A DNA stretch of 64,000 bases, from contig OZ024741.1 of the NCBI GenBank assembly GCA_964016885.1, forward strand, positions 124,992,001 to 125,056,000, in the 5' to 3' direction. Below the pieces are notes generated by a model. That model did no database searches. It was not told where the DNA came from and was given only the letters and a program-made list of their open reading frames with translations. The DNA is from Eledone cirrhosa (taxonomy: Eukaryota). Positions 11,039 to 22,133 of the stretch are shown here, one piece after another (position 1 is the first letter of the stretch; every line of letters begins with the position of its first letter). Made by a program: the position numbers and the translations under genes.

Positions 11039-13132
11039 ATGGCTACGAAAAAGAAATTTCATACGTCACTCCCACTCATTCCGTCTTCTTCTTCCTCAAT
11101 CATCACTACAGCAGAGAGAAGATTGTCTCTCTCCCTCCCTTCTTTAAATGTGTCTCTCTCCCTCCCTTCTCTTTCGCAAGTGACGAAAGAAAAGAAAAGT
11201 CTCGTGCAAAGCGTGCAAGGTTTCTCCACGACGACGACGACAGCGACGAAACAGGTGTGCGGGAAATACGAAAACCCAGTTCATTCGTCTGACGTCAGGA
11301 ATAATAGCAGTAGCAGCCGTAATAACAACAGCAACAGTGACAATGAAAACAACAGTAGCAGCCGCAACAGCATCACCAGCAGCATAAACAACAACAGCAT
11401 TAGCAGCAGCAACACCAACAACAACCACAGCAACAGCGACGGAGGCAGTAGTCGTAGTACCTGCAGCAACAAAAGTACCAGCAGCTCTGACGACAACAAC
11501 AACAGCAGAGAAAAACCAATCTCATTTGCAGGTATTGCGAAAAACTTGGAAACAATCCTCATAACAAATGAGGAATTAGAGGAAGCGAAGAAGATGGTGA
11601 CAAAGAACGGACACCGAGCAATCTGCAAGGCAGCGAAAAATTTTTTCGAAACCCAAGAGCACTGTACGGTCACGTACCGTACAGTAAGTACAAAATCCCG
11701 TAGGGTGGAAAGAGCCACAGAGGCCCAAATACAAAAAGCCTTAGGGTCTGTGTGGCAGCGGAAAACGCACATCACCCGAGGCAAAAAATATGCCACCGTA
11801 GACGTACTTTTTGCCACACCCCAGGAGGCAAAGGCCCAATCAGTAGTGACCCTAAGGAGCGAGGAAATGGTGTTGGTGCCCTCCTACTGTGGGCAAAAAA
11901 TTGTGAGGGTCAAACTGACCCACGTCCCCCCCGGAATGACCCCTTCTTGGCTGGCCGCGTCTGTCCTCGTCGGAATCGAGGACAAAACAACTGTACTGCA
12001 AGTACAGAAAAAAGTAAGAGAAGATTGGGTCGGCTCCTCCATTGAGATGCTAATCCAAACCAACCAGGAGTGCATCGAAGCTATCCCGGATGTGATAGAC
12101 TTCGATAACGGCACTCAACTGCCCATAAGTGTTGAGGGCAAACGCCCGAAATGCTTTCGCTGTGGATCGAAGACTCACCTCAGGGCCTTCTGCAACGAGA
12201 AAACCCTGAGAAAGGAGAAAACCCCCCTCCTTCCGAATCCGGCTCCACGGCTACCAGCAACAGGACAAGGGGCAACCAGGAACGATAGGCCCGTGGCACC
12301 CATACCCACTCCACGGAAATCAAAAACAGCAGCAGCAGTGGAAATACTAACAACAACAACAGCAATACCAAATGCAGCTGCAACAGAGACTCCAGTGCAA
12401 ACATCACCAACAACAACAAGTGAAAGAGTGGGGTTGGTACCCCTCCCCGACCTCACAGAATCAGACATGGAGTGTGAGGTGGGAGAGAGATGGCAAAAGG
12501 TCGTAAGAAGGCACAAACGCAGAAGCAGCGCATCGTCGCCTTTGAAAAGGGAGGAAAGAAATGAGAAAAGGGTAAAGTCTACTGCAAAGAGACCCACAGC
12601 AGCAACAACACCAACACCATCACCACCCACACTAGCGCCACCATCACCACCGGCGACAACCCCACCGCCAACAACACCTTCAACACCACCACCACAAGCA
12701 CCAACATCGCAAACACAACAACAAAACACACACACCCAGCAACAACGACAAGAAAATAGCAGAACCACACCCCACCCCCAGAAAAACAAATGCACGGCAA
12801 TAAACACACACAACAAGAAACTAATGACTTACATAATTGAACACACAGACATTTCACAACAGGACTACATAATACCAGCACCAATCAAAACGCCAACTAA
12901 CATAAGACTGCTAAAAATAGCACAGAAACAATACACAAACATTAAAACGAAATTCCCCAACGCAGTTGGTGATTTCAGGGACCTAGGAGGAACCATTAAT
13001 CGAAGAGTATATTCAGACATTCTCTTAGAAGAGCCGACGACCAGCCGAAGGGACGATTCAACGGTCCCTTCACCAGACGATCAAGTGAAAAGGGATGTAA
13101 AAACCATCCCTCCTCTACCAAAAGTACGGTAA
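11039..13132 (+). CDS. ORF1 (gag-like nucleic-acid-binding protein)
   Basis: 697 aa. N/S-rich N-terminus, RRM-like core, CCHC knuckle CFRCGSKTHLRAFC, WQKV-basic motif and P/T-rich tail. Confidence 0.9.
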   Translation: MATKKKFHTSLPLIPSSSSSIITTAERRLSLSLPSLNVSLSLPSLSQVTKEKKSLVQSVQGFSTTTTTATKQVCGKYENPVHSSDVRNNSSSSRNNNSNSDNENNSSSRNSITSSINNNSISSSNTNNNHSNSDGGSSRSTCSNKSTSSSDDNNNSREKPISFAGIAKNLETILITNEELEEAKKMVTKNGHRAICKAAKNFFETQEHCTVTYRTVSTKSRRVERATEAQIQKALGSVWQRKTHITRGKKYATVDVLFATPQEAKAQSVVTLRSEEMVLVPSYCGQKIVRVKLTHVPPGMTPSWLAASVLVGIEDKTTVLQVQKKVREDWVGSSIEMLIQTNQECIEAIPDVIDFDNGTQLPISVEGKRPKCFRCGSKTHLRAFCNEKTLRKEKTPLLPNPAPRLPATGQGATRNDRPVAPIPTPRKSKTAAAVEILTTTTAIPNAAATETPVQTSPTTTSERVGLVPLPDLTESDMECEVGERWQKVVRRHKRRSSASSPLKREERNEKRVKSTAKRPTAATTPTPSPPTLAPPSPPATTPPPTTPSTPPPQAPTSQTQQQNTHTQQQRQENSRTTPHPQKNKCTAINTHNKKLMTYIIEHTDISQQDYIIPAPIKTPTNIRLLKIAQKQYTNIKTKFPNAVGDFRDLGGTINRRVYSDILLEEPTTSRRDDSTVPSPDDQVKRDVKTIPPLPKVR

Positions 13133-13167
13133 GTGGTCTTTCCCATCTTTTCCACTCTATTTTAAAC

Positions 13168-16100
13168 ATGACCTCACTCAGAATAGGCAGCATAAATGCG
13201 CGTGGCTTGGGGTCGTCATGGAAGCAGGGTCACCTGCTCAACGACCTCAGGTCACTAAACATAGATGTAGTGGCCATCAGCGAGACCAGAATCTCCGAAG
13301 CACGGGCCTTCGCACCGATCTTCGGCGGCTACGATGTGTACGCATCTCCCAGCCGTCCTGGATCGGGTGGAGGAGTTGCTGTGCTTTTTCGGAGAGGTTT
13401 GGATCTCGCCATACGGGCCATCTTCCTGGACCCAGAGGGTAAGCTGGTGGTGCTGGACGTGACCAGCGGAGACGGGCAAGCTTTCAGGCTAGTGGCCGTC
13501 TATGCCCCGACAGGAGCAGGGCGGCCTGATTTCTTCCGGCGTCTGGAGACCTTTCTTGGAACGTCCCGCTCTTTAGTGTTAGTGGGCGACTGGAACGGGA
13601 TCTTAGATGCACGCTGGGACTGTGTGGGATTAGCGGATAGGGGTGGAGGGTGCAAGAGCCTCACCAACCTGCTCAGGCGTTTTGAACTGTCTGACAGGTA
13701 CCGATTGTATTTCCCGAATGTGCCAATGTGGACTTGGACAAACCGCATAGGGTCATCCAGATCATATCTAGATAGAGTATTTTGTAGGGAAATAGATAGG
13801 TCTAGCATAGGCTGTCCACAATTCAAGATAGTCAGCTACACGGACCACAAATTCGTGATCTGTGTGCTTGACTTAGATAGGCTTCATAGACGAGGACCCG
13901 GCTACTGGAAGCTAAACGCGTCCTTACCAGCGCGCAAGGCCTACAGAGACCGGATTAGCGAACTAGTTAAGCGGGCGTTGACGGGGGCCATCGTCAACAA
14001 CAAGTGGTGGTTTGCTCTGAAAAGAGCGATTAGAATAGAATCGATTAGGTTTAGTAAGGCTTTAGCAATAGAGAAAAATAGAGCAGAGGGAGAACTAGTT
14101 AGAAAATTAGACGAGGCGCTTAGCAAAGGCATTGCGACCGACGTGCTTGCGGCGAAATTGGCCCTTGACCAATTCTTCAATGCAAAGCACGAAGGCTGCG
14201 TTGTCAGAGCTAGGGTGCGTGCTCTCAGTCACGAGGGGACGAAAGCCGTTCAATGGGCCCGAGTGGCGGAGGCGCGTCGTGGCAACAAAGCCACGATCCG
14301 GTCTTTGGTGGACCACGACGGGCGCATGCTACTCGATCCCGGGCAAATGTGTGAAGCTTTTCAGCGACACTTCGCTCAGCTGTTCGGGGGCAGCGGTGGG
14401 CCGGGTAGAGGGATGGACTTTAGTGTCTACCTCGACGGACTGCCGCGGCTCTCGGCCACTGAGGCGAAGTGTTGCGAAAAGCCGATAACAGCCGCTGAAG
14501 TAAGGGAGGCAATGACTGGCTGCACAAGGGGTAAATCGCCTGGTTTGGATGGTCTGCCCTATGAACTTTACTTACAGATGCCAGACTTGTTCGGAGGCCT
14601 CTTGGCGGACGTCTACTGCAACTGGCAACAGAACGGGAGAATTCCCAGTTCTGTGAGCCGAGGAGCGGTGGCACTGCTGAGAAAGGATCCGAACAAGGGG
14701 GATAACATAGACAATTTCCGGCCCATAACTCTGCTAAACACAGAGTTTAAGATTTTGGCCAAGGTGCTAGCAAAGAGGTTGGCGCTTGTCGTTGGTGGTC
14801 TGGTGGGAGAGGCGCAGACATGCGCCATTCCCGACAGATCCATCCACGACAACCTCCACCTCATGCGATACATCGTAGAGAGGGTAGCTAGGGAACCTGG
14901 CACGGGTGGGTCCTTGATCAATTTAGATCAGTCGAAAGCTTTCGATAGGGTCGACCATCGTTACCTAGCGGCAGTCCTGAGGGCGGCTGGCTTTGGGCCC
15001 GTCTTCAGAGGCTGGATCGCTGCCATGCACAGCGACATCTGCTCTGTGGTGAGAGTGAACGGTCACCTGTCGGAACCGTTCAACATCATGCGCTCGGTCC
15101 GCCAAGGATGTCCCCTCTCGTCCCTCTTGTACGTATTGACTCTCGAGCCATTACTGCACAAACTGGAGACGTTGAGGGGAGTCCCGCGCGAACTAGGATG
15201 CGGAAGATCCGTGTCAGCATATGCGGACGATGTCACCGCAGTGGTGTCGAACGCCAAACACATCGAGGCGATCGGCACTACACTAAGAGAATACGAAGCG
15301 GTGACAGGAGCAATGATCAACCAGGAAAAGTCAGTGGGCCTGCAGCTCGGCACCTGGAGAGGCAGGTCCATGCCGTCCAACAGCGTCGTCGGGCGCTGGA
15401 CGGACGGACCGGTTAAATTGCTAGGGGTCTGGTTCGGTCCGGACCTCCAGACGGACAAAAACTGGGACGAGGTGACGAGCAGGGTGGCTTCTCTCACCCA
15501 GAAATGGGCGGAGAGGAAGCTATCCCTGAAAGGTCGAGCGGAGGTGGCTAACGCGTACATCGCGTCTGTCATCTGCTACCGCCTAACCGTCGTACCTTGT
15601 CCTAAGCCTCGCCTGACTGCGCTGGAGCGTTTGCTCTTTCGCTTTTTGTGGAAGGGACGTGCTCCGATGGTCAGGCGGTCCATCTGTTGTCAACACCCGC
15701 TACGTGGAGGGCTGGGCATGCCGTGGCTGATGATGCGCAGGCACGCGCTCAGGCTACGACATCTCCACCTCTTCCTCGACGGTGATCAGGTGTGGTCGCC
15801 GTTTGCTAGACGCGTTTTTCCCCAGCTCGTTTCCTTGACGGAGCTGCAGTCCTGGGTCAAGCGAAGACCGAGAGGGAGCGCCTGGAGACTGGAATGTCTT
15901 CAGGCGCTCACAGCCCTCGACCAATCGGGCAATGTGATCGGTGGAAACTCCACCTCGGCGTTCTATAGAGGATTAGTGGAGGGGAAGAGCGACGACGTAC
16001 TTGGGGAAACTCTAGGCGTCGACGAAAATCAACTAGCCAATCTCTTCGGAAGAACTTTCGGGCCAGGGCCTATGGACAACTTCCAGAAATCTCTGGCCTG

Positions 16101-16587
16101 GCAGTGCTACCGAGGAGCCTTGCCAGTTCGGGATAAACTCTACAGGCATGGAGGTGCCGTCAGCCGGGCATGTCCGAGATGCGCGCAGGGCGACGAAACC
16201 GTCCTGCACGCACTCGTCCAGTGTCCGAAAATTGCTGACTTGTGGGTTTATGTCGAACACCTGCTGTCGCGTTTAGGACGGATCCGGCTATCATCTGAGT
16301 CCATCGTGAGGATTGCCCCGCCCTCCTCCTTTAGCCGGGAAGGGCAGGCAGTTTTTATCTGCCTGGTGGCCATGGCGAAAGAGATAGTATGGTGGACACG
16401 TTTGAAAGGGCTGAAGACGAGCACTTACCTCTTCGGTGATGCTCTGATTGACTTTTTCAAATTTCATTTGAAAAGGAAAATCAGAGTAGAGAGGGAAGTG
16501 CTCTCTTCCCAGCATTTTGTTGAAAGATGGGTGAGAGAAGCAAGAATGGCCCGAGTGAATGGGCCGACTCTGAGCATATATCTGTAA
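13168..16587 (+). CDS. ORF2: APE endonuclease + reverse transcriptase + C-terminal zinc finger
   Basis: 1139 aa. SINARGL, ISET, VYAP, GDWN, SYLDR, TDH, GYWKLN; KSPGLDG, FRPITLLN, LDQSKAFDRV, VRQGCPLS, YADD; CPRC..ETVLHALVQC. Confidence 0.97.
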   Translation: MTSLRIGSINARGLGSSWKQGHLLNDLRSLNIDVVAISETRISEARAFAPIFGGYDVYASPSRPGSGGGVAVLFRRGLDLAIRAIFLDPEGKLVVLDVTSGDGQAFRLVAVYAPTGAGRPDFFRRLETFLGTSRSLVLVGDWNGILDARWDCVGLADRGGGCKSLTNLLRRFELSDRYRLYFPNVPMWTWTNRIGSSRSYLDRVFCREIDRSSIGCPQFKIVSYTDHKFVICVLDLDRLHRRGPGYWKLNASLPARKAYRDRISELVKRALTGAIVNNKWWFALKRAIRIESIRFSKALAIEKNRAEGELVRKLDEALSKGIATDVLAAKLALDQFFNAKHEGCVVRARVRALSHEGTKAVQWARVAEARRGNKATIRSLVDHDGRMLLDPGQMCEAFQRHFAQLFGGSGGPGRGMDFSVYLDGLPRLSATEAKCCEKPITAAEVREAMTGCTRGKSPGLDGLPYELYLQMPDLFGGLLADVYCNWQQNGRIPSSVSRGAVALLRKDPNKGDNIDNFRPITLLNTEFKILAKVLAKRLALVVGGLVGEAQTCAIPDRSIHDNLHLMRYIVERVAREPGTGGSLINLDQSKAFDRVDHRYLAAVLRAAGFGPVFRGWIAAMHSDICSVVRVNGHLSEPFNIMRSVRQGCPLSSLLYVLTLEPLLHKLETLRGVPRELGCGRSVSAYADDVTAVVSNAKHIEAIGTTLREYEAVTGAMINQEKSVGLQLGTWRGRSMPSNSVVGRWTDGPVKLLGVWFGPDLQTDKNWDEVTSRVASLTQKWAERKLSLKGRAEVANAYIASVICYRLTVVPCPKPRLTALERLLFRFLWKGRAPMVRRSICCQHPLRGGLGMPWLMMRRHALRLRHLHLFLDGDQVWSPFARRVFPQLVSLTELQSWVKRRPRGSAWRLECLQALTALDQSGNVIGGNSTSAFYRGLVEGKSDDVLGETLGVDENQLANLFGRTFGPGPMDNFQKSLAWQCYRGALPVRDKLYRHGGAVSRACPRCAQGDETVLHALVQCPKIADLWVYVEHLLSRLGRIRLSSESIVRIAPPSSFSREGQAVFICLVAMAKEIVWWTRLKGLKTSTYLFGDALIDFFKFHLKRKIRVEREVLSSQHFVERWVREARMARVNGPTLSIYL

Positions 16588-16848
16588 ATTAAAGGTGGAA
16601 AACTGGGAGAGGGCACTTGCCTTGGTGGTCAGGGTCATTGTGGCTTTTTACTGGGCTTTCTCCACAAATGTCCCTCCGAAGTCTCCCCCCTATTGGGGAA
16701 TTTTTCATTGTTATTTTCATTGTTATTTTTGTTACATCCTCTGTTTTTGTTTTTTTTACACGCAGAAATGCCCATTTGTACCGTCCTGCATTGTCCTGCA
16801 CTGTCCTTAATGTCTACTTTATGTAAACCCTTGTGGTTAATAAAGAAA

Positions 16849-16918
<70 letters not shown>

Positions 16919-16919
<1 letters not shown>

Positions 16920-17110
16920 GGGCGGTGGATTGGCAGTATCGATAGAGGGTCGGATGCCATGCTTTGACGCATAGAATTACGGCCCTTGCCATTCTGAGTT
17001 CAAATCCCGCCGAGGTTAACTTTGCCTTTCATCCTTATGGGGTCGATAAAATAAAGTACCAGTAATACACTGGGTATTTGCTGGCCTTGTGCCAAAAGTA
17101 GAAACAATTA
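16919..17110 (+). mobile_element. tRNA-derived SINE (abundant family)
   Basis: A-box-like TGGCAGTATCG, B box GAGTTCAAATCC and central GCCTTTCATCCTT..GGGGTCGATAAAATAAAGTACCAG. Ends TGTGCCAAAAGTAGAAACAATT. Many copies occur in the window. Confidence 0.85.
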
Positions 17111-17214
17111 TTATTTTTTTATTTTTTATTTTCTTTCATTATTGTTTCTGAGATATATGCCGAGTGTCTTCCTGACAAATAAATTCACAGTGTGCATTGG
17201 TAAGCCAGTTAATA

Positions 17215-20200
17215 CAGCACAATGATTATAATTAAAAAAAGAAAAAAACAGTATACATATATACACATGTGCATATGCATATGTAAATACAAGGAGGGAT
17301 ATCAATCTTACAGAGATAGTGCTCTTCTCAATACGTGTGCAGTACCAGTCAAAATAATTTTTTGCACCTCGGGCAGAGAGGATAAACCAGGAATCATTCG
17401 CAAATATTGTCCTGTTCCTTTCGTGATCATTCCCAGTCCTCCCACAATCACTGGGATTGTAACGGCCTTGAGGTGCCACATTTTCTCAATTTCAATAAGC
17501 AAATCTTTATATTTTCGTAGCTTGTCAAATTCTTTTGCCGCGATATTGTGATCACATGGGATGCTCATATCTATCAACAAACAGACCTTGTTATGTTGAT
17601 CTTTTATAATGATGTCAGGTCTATTTGTTTTTATGGTCCTGTAATGTATGTACAGGAAAGTCCCAGAGAATTGTTACATTTTCTCCTTCAGTTACAGCCT
17701 CAGGGTGATGATTGTACCACTTGTCTTCAGCTTTGATTTTGTAATGCCGACATATTACCCAGTGTAGATATTGGCCAACTCTGTCATGTCTATATTTGTA
17801 TTCTACTGGTGCTAAAACTTTACATCCAGAGACTAAGTGATCCACTGTTTCAACCTCAGCATTGCAGAATCGGCACTTTGGCTTTATTCCGTTTCTCATC
17901 ACATTGGCCTGGTAATTACGAGTCAATAAGCTTTGATATTGGGCAGTTAAGATGAAGCCTTCACTCTCCGCCTTTGGCCCTGAATTACGTAGCCACTGAT
18001 GTGTGTGCTTTTGGTCAACATCAGCTTGTTTGCTACGGGCCACATATTTGCCATGCAGATGTTTCTGCTCGTTATTTGATGCTAATTGTCCTTGCCCTTT
18101 GCTTTTGCCAGTTATTTTATGTGCCTAGCAGCATCAGTTGCAACAGTTTTCTTTTGTCTGTCCAGCCTGGGTATCAAGCATGAGATCAGTAGCATATTGT
18201 TTGCTCTCCCTCAAGATAGAATGAAGCTGCTTACTTCTCTGATGCATTTCAACAAGTTTCAGCATACAGTCGTTAGTTCTTTCAAGGTATTTGGCCAGTG
18301 CAATGATGGTGGTCTTGTAAGTAAGTTCAAATTGGATCAGGCCACGGCCTCATTGAGTTCTAGGAAGGTAAAGACGATCCACATCTGCTTTTGGGTGGTG
18401 CATCCTATTACAGGTCAGTAGCTTACGGACTTTGGTGTCGATTCTTTTGATTTCACTCATATTCCAGTTCAACACACCGAAGCTATAAGTAACAACTGGG
18501 ACTGCCAAGGAATTTATGGCTAACATCTTTTTATGAGCGTTTAGTTCTGATCTCAGAACAGCATGTACTCTCCTGTAACATTCTTTCCTTATCCCCTCTT
18601 TCATACTTGCATGCTGTATGCCAGAGCCCTCTTTAATCCCTAAGTATTTATAGGTTTTTCCTGCTCAAGTTTCTTTATGAGTGTTTCAGCATGCAATTCA
18701 ACTGAGTGTGAGTTGACAAGCTTCCCCTTATTGAAAGTGGCTTTTGCACACTTGTCAAGTGCAAACTCCATCCTGATGTCATCGCTAAACGTTTTTACTC
18801 TCGGCAAAAGGCCTTCCAGTTCGTCATTATCTTTGCAATATAGCTTCTTGTCAATTCTATAACCGTACCCTGTCCTATTAAGTTCGGATGTTAGACGTAT
18901 TAAAGCTATGCAGAAAAGCAAGGGTGAAATTGAGTCACCCTGGAATATACCACAGTTGATGTTTATATTCCTAGAGCACAGTACCCCAGTGGAATTAGAC
19001 AATTGGAGATTTGTGTTCCATAATGACATATTGTGTTTCAGGAAGTTTGAGATCACATGTGAGATTTTGAAGATGTTCAGTGATTTCAGAATCCATGAGT
19101 GTGGTCTGCTGTCAAAGGCTTTTTTATAATCGATCCATGCAGAACTGAGATTTCTGTGTTTATTATGACAGTTCTCAATGATCATACGATTAATCAAAAG
19201 TTGATCTTTGCAACCATATGAACCTCGTCGGCACCCTTTTTGTTCAATCGGGAAAAGATTGTTCTCCTCCCAAAAACACGTATGCTTTTTCCATGAGAAT
19301 AGAAGTTAATAGTTTATAAGTGGTGGACAAGCAGGTTATGGGTCAATAGTTTTTTTTTATCTTTGGTTTCGTTGCTCTTTGGTAGAAGGTAGGTAATGCC
19401 ACTTGCTATCCAATCAGGTGTATTTTTTTGATCTTTCATAATTCCATTAAACAGCTTGACCAATATATGTGCACGGGAGTGAAGAAAGCCAGAAATTTGG
19501 CACCAGGAGATTTCAATTTATGAGATTTATTGAGTGCTGTCCTTAAGTCCGCTATAGAGATGTGTTCCCACGCCTGTTCTACTGAATTTGTGTAGGATTT
19601 GTCTAATCTAATCTACATTAGCATTATATGTCTTCTCATCATTCCAAATCTTACTCCAGAAGTTTTCAACTTTTTCTATAAACGGGGGTCTTCAATAATT
19701 CTTTTTTTCTTCACTACTTCTCTATAAAATGACTTGGCATTCGATGAGAACAACTTATTTTGCCTGTAGAAGTTGTTTCGCTTCTCGAATCTACGAATTC
19801 GTTGGGCTTTTACTTGGACTTTTTGTTTCAGAGATTCTTTTGTTGAAACTATTGCTTCTCTAGAAGACAGTCCATATTTTCTCTTTAGCTTTCTTACCTT
19901 CTTGGATCTTATATCATTTCCAGCGGTTAACTCACCCAATAAAGATATTTCTCATCTCATTACGCCAATCTCCTTTTCGATTCTACTTCTCCAAATTGGT
20001 TTACCTCGAAGGTTCGACCTTTTTTGTTTATTTGGTGGTAAACAACTTGTTTCAATTACTCTAGCAGATGCATAAATGATTTCATTTAACTCAGTAATAT
20101 CAGGTTCTAGTTTTTCTATGATTTCTTTTGTCACAGAATTAGCAATCATTATTTGTTTTCTATTTTGGATTGTGTTTGGGAGTTTTTGAAGTGGTTCTCC

Positions 20201-20760
20201 ATCATTTATACTAAAATGTCTTACTACTGCAAGCTCATTCATTATTTTTTGCTTTAATTCCTTCATAGTCTCCCTGTGTTTTCAGCAGATGTTTGGTTTT
20301 CAATTACTGTTTCTAAGTCCCTCTCCTGGCTATTTTCAGTGGGTTCAATAGGGCTTCTAATTTGTACAAACCTATTTGTGATTTGGTTAGATGGAGGTCT
20401 TTCAGTAAAGACTTGTGACTGATTACTATCTCCAGGAGATTTTTCAGTTCTTTCGTCATTTATATTTATGTCATTCTCCACAGCCTGCTTGATCGCAGTT
20501 AGTTCAGTGTCTGTGAGTCTATTATTTCTGAAGATATACCTCCTTACATTTGCCAACTTATTTCCATCCATATCACGTCTGCTAGCTTGATTCCGAGTTT
20601 TCCAGATTTTGTAGGAGTTTAAAGTATGTCTGTCATGTGATGGCTTACCCAATGCATAGTAATATGCATATATTACTTTTTTATACTATTCTCGGGTCTA
20701 TTTCATCCTTTTAGGTTTTCCTTTTTGAGGTGGTTTGGGTGGTGGATCTGGAGTGCATTT
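17215..20760 (-). mobile_element. Degraded R4/Dong-like (RLE) non-LTR retrotransposon, copy 1
   Basis: Fragmented ORFs with [55 protein letters not shown] and IPVIVGGLG. Many stops and frameshifts; the YMDD motif is deleted. Confidence 0.9.
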
Positions 20761-21514
20761 GCTAGTTGGGACTGAGATCATTATTACTATTATAACAGTA
20801 TAGTTATGGTCATTGCTGTTGTTGATTGAGGTGATATTGTTATGCTTGCAGCTGTAAGAGATGTACGAAAATTTTCTCAACTGTTCTTGTGGTGTGAGTG
20901 GTGTTGGTGGTGGTGGCAGGAAGATTAATGCTGGGGTGGGGGTGCTGGAAGTGGTAGTGGGTAGGGTGAAATTGTAGATTATAGGAGTTGCTTCTCCGAT
21001 GTTATTTTCTGTCTATTTTGAGTTTGAGGTGTAAATGGGGTGCTAGTATTCTTTTTTTGTTTTGTCCTTTATGTGGGCTCCATACACATACATATATATA
21101 CATTCACACGTGCATACTTATACACCCGTATGTATATACACACATATATATATACCCACACGTTAGACACTGAGAAGGGAGGTAGGTAGCAGTCAGTGAC
21201 AGTAGTCTAAAAATAGATTGGAGATTTACTGGTGTGAATGTGTGAGGAAGTGGTTGTGAATGTGGTGGTGGGAGAGAGAAGTGATCTTTCAACTGTCCAT
21301 TTTCCTTTCAAAATCTGAAATTTAGCCACAATCGACCAAAATATAAAAAAAAGAAAATTATATTTGGGGAAATATCTAAAAATATATATGCACCTTTCAC
21401 ATCTTCAGCTACAGAGATGATTGCATAATAATTAGTTGGATTTTTCATTAAACAGAACTTATCCCCCGAAATAAACAGTGTGTTTTCCGATCTATGTCTG
21501 TTTCTTTTCTTCAA

Positions 21515-21700
21515 ATAATTGTTTCTACTTTAGGCACAAGGCCAGCAATTACCCACTGCATTACTGGTACTTTATTTTATCGACCCCGTAAGGATGAAAG
21601 GCAAAGTCAACCTCGGCGGGATTTGAACTCAGTTCGTAAAGGGACGTAACTATGCTGGAAAGCATGGTGTCCGACCCTCTACCGATACTGCCAATCCACT
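21515..21700 (-). mobile_element. SINE, same family as 16919
   Basis: Reverse-complement match over the full length. Confidence 0.85.
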
Positions 21701-21930
21701 ATGTAAACAGCGATTGTAATGGGTAAATATATAAAAATATTTATGCAGTTCTCACAACTAGTGTCAGATTATTTGTAGAGATAAGTGGTAAAATAATTTG
21801 GAGAATTTTCGTGTTAGAAAATACCAAATTAGACAAAACTTACTCTTCGAAATAAGCAACGTGCGTCGTCCGATCTACGACTGTTTCTCTTCTTCAAATA
21901 GTTTTTTCTTTAAGTTCATTATTATTATTA

Positions 21931-22112
21931 TTGTGGATTGGCAGTATCGGTAGAGGGTCGGACACCATGCTTTACAGCAAAGAGTTACGGCCCTTTGTGA
22001 GGTCAAATGCCACCGAGGTTAACTTTGCCTTTCATCCTTACAGAGTCGATAAAATAAAGTACAAGTAATGTACTGGTTAATTGCTGGCCTTGTGCCAAAA
22101 GTAGAAACAATT
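21931..22112 (+). mobile_element. SINE, same family as 16919
   Basis: Direct match; bordered by (ATT)n. Confidence 0.85.
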
Positions 22113-22133
22113 AATATTATTATTATTATTATT

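Larger units (their letters stand above)
10824..16850 (+). mobile_element. Full-length Tx1/L1-clade non-LTR retrotransposon, family A copy 1 (both ORFs intact)
   Basis: 5' UTR, ORF1, 35-nt spacer, ORF2 and a 3' UTR ending TAATAAAGAAA. Flanked on both sides by (ATT)n (10782-10823 and 16851-16918). Confidence 0.95.

Noticed and set aside
11144-16638. Antisense and alternative-frame ORFs over Tx1 ORF1/ORF2
   Set aside because: These are shadows of GC-rich or low-complexity coding sequence with no independent motifs.
16596-16826. Hydrophobic, transmembrane-like ORF in the Tx1-A 3' UTR (env-like ORF3?)
   Set aside because: The hydrophobicity follows from T-richness. Copy 2 shows mostly non-synonymous changes and frame-changing indels, and family B does not conserve it.
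16919-21700. Inverted SINE pair flanking R4 copy 1 as composite-transposon ends
   Set aside because: The SINE is very abundant in both orientations, and I saw no shared target-site duplication.
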